Assembly (NCBI GenBank): GCA_041652675.1
Contig: JBAZGV010000002.1
Coordinates: 1-25,042, forward strand
Source of the DNA: Candidatus Omnitrophota bacterium
GTDB lineage: Bacteria; Omnitrophota; Gorgyraeia; Gygaellales; Profunditerraquicolaceae
Length of the DNA: 25,042 nt
Direction: 5' to 3'
Under the pieces are notes generated by a model. That model was not told where the DNA came from, did not search any database, and saw only the letters and a list, made by a program, of their open reading frames with translations. The translations under genes and the position numbers were made by a program. How positions within the stretch are numbered: position 1 is the first letter of the stretch; the number at the start of each line of letters is the position of its first letter. Below are positions 22,009 through 25,042 of the stretch, one piece after another.

Positions 22009-22050
22009 TTATCAACAGTTTATCCACATCTTGAATAAATCTGTGGAAAA
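22009..22050. promoter_or_regulatory. DnaA-box cluster immediately upstream of dnaA
   Basis: TTATCAACA 22009-22017, perfect TTATCCACA 22020-22028, and TGTGGAAAA 22042-22050 in the opposite orientation. Confidence 0.88.
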
Positions 22051-22146
22051 TAATTCTTCATATTTAGGCGTAATTTAGCTATTCTTTAATACACACACAA
22101 AATGCCATTTTGTAGCCAGATGATTGAAAAATCAACAACGTTGATA

Positions 22147-22174
22147 ATTATAACAGAAACAAAAACAGTTGCAA
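22147..22174 (-). promoter_or_regulatory. Candidate proximal dnaA promoter
   Basis: TTGCAA - 16 nt - TATAAT with TGn extension. Confidence 0.6.
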
Positions 22175-22196
22175 GTAAAAAAGTTAAACGCCAGTT

Positions 22197-22224
22197 ATTA
22201 TACAATAATTTTTTGAAGCGTCAA
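22197..22224 (-). promoter_or_regulatory. Candidate distal dnaA promoter
   Basis: TTGACG (22224-22219) - 16 nt - TATAAT (22202-22197). Confidence 0.7.
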
Positions 22225-22260
22225 TAAAAAATTGAGCACCTTAAGCTTTGGTCTAGCGAA

Positions 22261-22292
22261 ATACTTGACCGAACGTTAGTGAGGTCAAGTAT
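22261..22292. repeat. Perfect 10-bp inverted repeat with 12-nt spacer
   Basis: ATACTTGACC (22261-22270) / GGTCAAGTAT (22283-22292). Confidence 0.85.
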
Positions 22293-22329
22293 GAGTTCCT
22301 AAGAGATTGTATCCGTTTTTCGTCGGTAC

Positions 22330-22359
22330 TGTGGATAATTGCCGTCTATTTGTTCATAA
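22330..22359. promoter_or_regulatory. DnaA boxes upstream of the rpmH promoter
   Basis: Perfect TGTGGATAA at 22330-22338 and degenerate TGTTCATAA at 22351-22359. Confidence 0.8.
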
Positions 22360-22383
22360 CGTGCGGGTTAATAAAAATTACCA

Positions 22384-22411
22384 TTGACGAGGCAGGCTTT
22401 TATGTTATAAT
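22384..22411 (+). promoter_or_regulatory. sigma70-type promoter of the rpmH-yidD-yidC operon
   Basis: TTGACG (22384-22389) - 16 nt - TATAAT (22406-22411) with TGn extension; AGGAG SD before rpmH. Confidence 0.8.
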
Positions 22412-22453
22412 TAACCACTATTCTTATTAATACTATACTCTAGGAGTAAAAAG

Positions 22454-22591
22454 ATGAAGAAGAACTTGACTACGCCGACAAATATCGTCGGCAAGAGGAA
22501 GCTTGGATTCCGCAGTAAAATGTCTACCCGCAATGGCCGTAAACTGTTAGCGCGGCGCCGGCAGAAGGGCAGGAAAAAACTCTGCAGGTAA
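22454..22591 (+). CDS. rpmH: 50S ribosomal protein L34
   Basis: Not in the ORF track; manual translation MKKNLTTPTNIVGKRKLGFRSKMSTRNGRKLLARRRQKGRKKLCR (45 aa) carries the GFR..M.T..GR..LARRR.KGRK signature; divergent from dnaA. Confidence 0.95.
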   Translation: MKKNLTTPTNIVGKRKLGFRSKMSTRNGRKLLARRRQKGRKKLCR

Positions 22592-22806
22592 TGCTTAAGC
22601 GTACAGCCTTATTTTTGATTATGATTTATCAGTTTTCTCTGAGAAGGGTATTACCCCAGTCCTGTCGTTTTATTCCTTGTTGTTCCGAATACGCGAGACT
22701 GGCGATTATAAAATATGGATTTTTAAAAGGATTAATAAAAGGAGTCAGGAGAATATCTGCTTGCCGGCCATTTTCCGGTAAGTATGGATATGATCCCCTG
22801 GATTAA
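22591..22806 (+). CDS. yidD: Membrane protein insertion efficiency factor YidD
   Basis: IYQ....R.LP.SCRF.P.CSEYA..AI.KYG..KG...G..RI..C.PF....YDP signature; directly before yidC. Confidence 0.93.
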   Translation: MLKRTALFLIMIYQFSLRRVLPQSCRFIPCCSEYARLAIIKYGFLKGLIKGVRRISACRPFSGKYGYDPLD

Positions 22807-22807
22807 T

Positions 22808-24325
22808 ATGGAAAAACGTATGGTTTTAGCGATAGCATTATCTTTGGGAGTTTTATTAATTTGGTCAGTTCTCATGCCAAAGCCGCAAAGTGTTGTAGTG
22901 CAAGATGTTATGTCAAAGGAAGCCCTGCTGAATAAGCAAAATCCTTTGCCTTTAGCTGATATGACTCAACTAGCGAAGCCGGAATCAGAAAGTTTTGTTA
23001 AGTACGAGCAGAGCAATTTAGAGGTAATCTTTTATGAAAGGCTTGCAGCGCTTAAGGAGGTAATTTTTAAAAGCTATGGAAATCACTCATTCCCTTTAAA
23101 ATATGGCCTTTTATTAAACGATCCAAAACTAGAATTTAAAAAAAGCCAGATAACTGAAGATAGCATTAGTTTTGTCGCGGTTAGTCCTGGTAGAAGGATT
23201 ACTAAGAAATTCAAGTTCAATAAATCTAATTATACCATAGACTTAGAGATAATTATACAAAACTTGTCCTCTGTCCCGCTGAAATTAGAAACGTCTCTAT
23301 TGTTAGGCATTATAGACCTTTCGTCTAAAAATTCCCAAGTGCGATATCAAGATCTAACCGTAGCAATGCAGGACAAAACTATTCATATGGGCATCAATAA
23401 GGATACAGAGCAGAGCGGTATCAAATTTTTAGGCTTTAGGGATCAGTATTTTGCAGCTATTCTTGAGCCAGTTGTAAATAATGCCAGTATTTTTGTAAAT
23501 AAACTAAGCAAACAAGAATCTGAGATTGGGTTAAATGTCCAAACAGAAAATGTCCCATCTGGTGGGCAGATTGGACATTTATATCATATTTATATAGGAC
23601 CGCAAGATGTGAGCATACTGAATGTGATTAATCCAGCATGGTCTGCATTAGTTCATTATGGCACATTTGATGTTATCTCGCAAATCCTTTTGCAAGCTTT
23701 AGGCTTTCTCCATAAAATAGTTCATAACTGGGGATTAGCGATTATTTTGTTAAGTATTTTAGTATATTTAATATTATATCCATTATCTATTAAGCAGATG
23801 CGCTCAATGAAGGAAATGCAAGTTTTGCAACCTAAAGTGGAAGAGTTGCGTAAGGCCTATAAAGATAATCCACAAAAAATGAATCAAGAGATAATGGCTC
23901 TATATAAAGAGCACAAAGTTAATCCATTAGGCGGATGCCTGCCCTTATTGCTTCAGATGCCTATATTTTTCGCTCTTTATAATGCACTTATGCGTTCGAT
24001 AGTGCTTAAAGGAGCAAAATTTCTCTGGATTAATGACCTTTCTGAACCAGATAGATTAATCATTTTTCCTAAGGCCTTACCAATATTGGGCAGTGATCTA
24101 AATATTTTACCTATTATTATGGCAATAGGTATGTTTGTGCAACAGAAAATATCCTCGGCGTCCTCTAGTGGTACTTCTGCTGAACAGCAGAAGATAATGC
24201 TTATTGTTATGCCGGTCATGTTTGGCCTAATATTTTATCGAATGCCATCAGGATTAGTCTTATATTGGTTTGTAAATAGCACGCTCATGTTAATATTCCA
24301 AATGCGCATGAACAGGGCAAGATGA
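22808..24325 (+). CDS. yidC: Membrane protein insertase YidC
   Basis: N-terminal TM (MEKRMVLAIALS), periplasmic domain, NWGLAIILL, LQPK.EEL, LYKEHKVNPLGGCLPLLLQMPIFFALY, PSGLVLYW. Start placed at 22808; the ORF track starts at 22784. Confidence 0.98.
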   Translation: MEKRMVLAIALSLGVLLIWSVLMPKPQSVVVQDVMSKEALLNKQNPLPLADMTQLAKPESESFVKYEQSNLEVIFYERLAALKEVIFKSYGNHSFPLKYGLLLNDPKLEFKKSQITEDSISFVAVSPGRRITKKFKFNKSNYTIDLEIIIQNLSSVPLKLETSLLLGIIDLSSKNSQVRYQDLTVAMQDKTIHMGINKDTEQSGIKFLGFRDQYFAAILEPVVNNASIFVNKLSKQESEIGLNVQTENVPSGGQIGHLYHIYIGPQDVSILNVINPAWSALVHYGTFDVISQILLQALGFLHKIVHNWGLAIILLSILVYLILYPLSIKQMRSMKEMQVLQPKVEELRKAYKDNPQKMNQEIMALYKEHKVNPLGGCLPLLLQMPIFFALYNALMRSIVLKGAKFLWINDLSEPDRLIIFPKALPILGSDLNILPIIMAIGMFVQQKISSASSSGTSAEQQKIMLIVMPVMFGLIFYRMPSGLVLYWFVNSTLMLIFQMRMNRAR

Positions 24326-24531
24326 AAGAAGATAAGGCTATTGAGGTAGAGGGGAACACGGTAGAAGAAGCTATTAAAAAAGCTCTACAACAACTACAGC
24401 TACCACGTAAAAAAGTCAAAGTAGAGATTGTCTCTGAAGAAGCAAGAGGCCTTTTTGGTATGCCTGGAGCTAAGTTAGCAAGAGTGCGCGTAAGCATTAT
24501 TAAGCAATGTTCCACGGGACACAAATTGTAA
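24322..24531 (+). CDS. Stand-alone Jag N-terminal domain protein (no KH or R3H domain)
   Basis: IEVEGNTVEEAIKKAL..L......V.VEIV.E..RGLFG..G.K.ARVRV is the Jag_N pattern; ATGA overlap with yidC; stop after 69 aa, followed by parA 14 nt later. Confidence 0.85.
   Translation: MKEDKAIEVEGNTVEEAIKKALQQLQLPRKKVKVEIVSEEARGLFGMPGAKLARVRVSIIKQCSTGHKL
24508..24523. promoter_or_regulatory. parS-like centromere site
   Basis: TGTTCCACGGGACACA matches 14/16 of TGTTNCACGTGAAACA; 22 nt upstream of parA. Confidence 0.6.
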
Positions 24532-24545
24532 CTATATGAATTGCA

Positions 24546-25042
24546 ATGGGTAAGATAATTACAATCTGTAATCAGAAGGGTGGAGTAGGTAAAACTACAT
24601 CAGCAATTAATATTGCTGTATTTCTCGCCGTTGCCGGCAAGAAAGTTATGCTTGTAGATTTAGATCCTCAAGCGAACGCGACTAGCGGTATAGGCGTAAA
24701 CAAGCACGATATTAAAAAAAGTACTTACCATGTTCTTTTGGAAGAAATTGATATTCAAAATGTCCTCCAGCCTACTGCAATACCAAATTTGGTACTTGCG
24801 CCATCTAATTTAGACTTAACTGGCGCAGAGGTAGAATTAGTTGGATCGCTAGGCAGGGAATATAGATTAAAAAGGGCCCTGGAAAAAATAAAAACAGAAT
24901 TTGATTTTATCATTATCGATTCTCCTCCGTCACTAGGGCTTTTAACTATTAATGGTTTATGTGCGGCAGATTCAGTTATTGTTCCGGTACAATGTGAATA
25001 TTACGCCTTAGAAGGATTAACGCAACTCAATAATACCATTAG
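24546..25042 (+). CDS. parA: Chromosome partitioning ATPase ParA/Soj (5' part; runs off the window edge)
   Basis: Not in the ORF track; manual translation MGKIITICNQKGGVGKTTSAINIA...VDLDPQANATSGIG...LAPSNLDL.GAEVEL...IIDSPPSLGLLTINGL.AAD...PVQCEYYALEG. Confidence 0.96.
   Translation, partial: MGKIITICNQKGGVGKTTSAINIAVFLAVAGKKVMLVDLDPQANATSGIGVNKHDIKKSTYHVLLEEIDIQNVLQPTAIPNLVLAPSNLDLTGAEVELVGSLGREYRLKRALEKIKTEFDFIIIDSPPSLGLLTINGLCAADSVIVPVQCEYYALEGLTQLNNTI

Noticed and set aside
23977-24524. Minus-strand ORFs opposite yidC and jag
   Set aside because: Antisense shadows with no motifs.

Overview
Chromosomal replication-origin region of a low-GC (roughly 40% by eye) bacterium. The gene order and protein style suggest an uncultured PVC-type lineage such as Omnitrophota (inference only). 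The left 22 kb is all on the minus strand: dnaA-dnaN-dciA-gyrB-[membrane ORF]-gyrA (broken by a 1-nt frameshift)-tRNA-Glu-glmS-rsmI. It is followed by a PyrR-attenuated pyrimidine operon: pyrR-pyrB-pyrC-endoQ-tRNA-Arg-carA-carB-fpg-methyltransferase-pyrK. The right 3 kb is on the plus strand: rpmH-yidD-yidC-jag(N-domain only)-parA. No mobile elements or CRISPR arrays were seen. Main oddities: (1) a full-length CarA whose glutaminase catalytic residues are all substituted, suggesting an ammonia-dependent carbamoyl-phosphate synthetase; (2) a perfect 14-bp inverted repeat that sequesters the pyrC RBS/start codon and has a mini-ORF in its loop; (3) DNA-repair genes and a zero-spacer tRNA embedded in the pyr operon; (4) clean absence of rnpA from the rpmH-yidD junction; (5) a stand-alone Jag_N protein ending over a parS-like site; (6) four sigma70-type promoters that all have 16-bp spacers.
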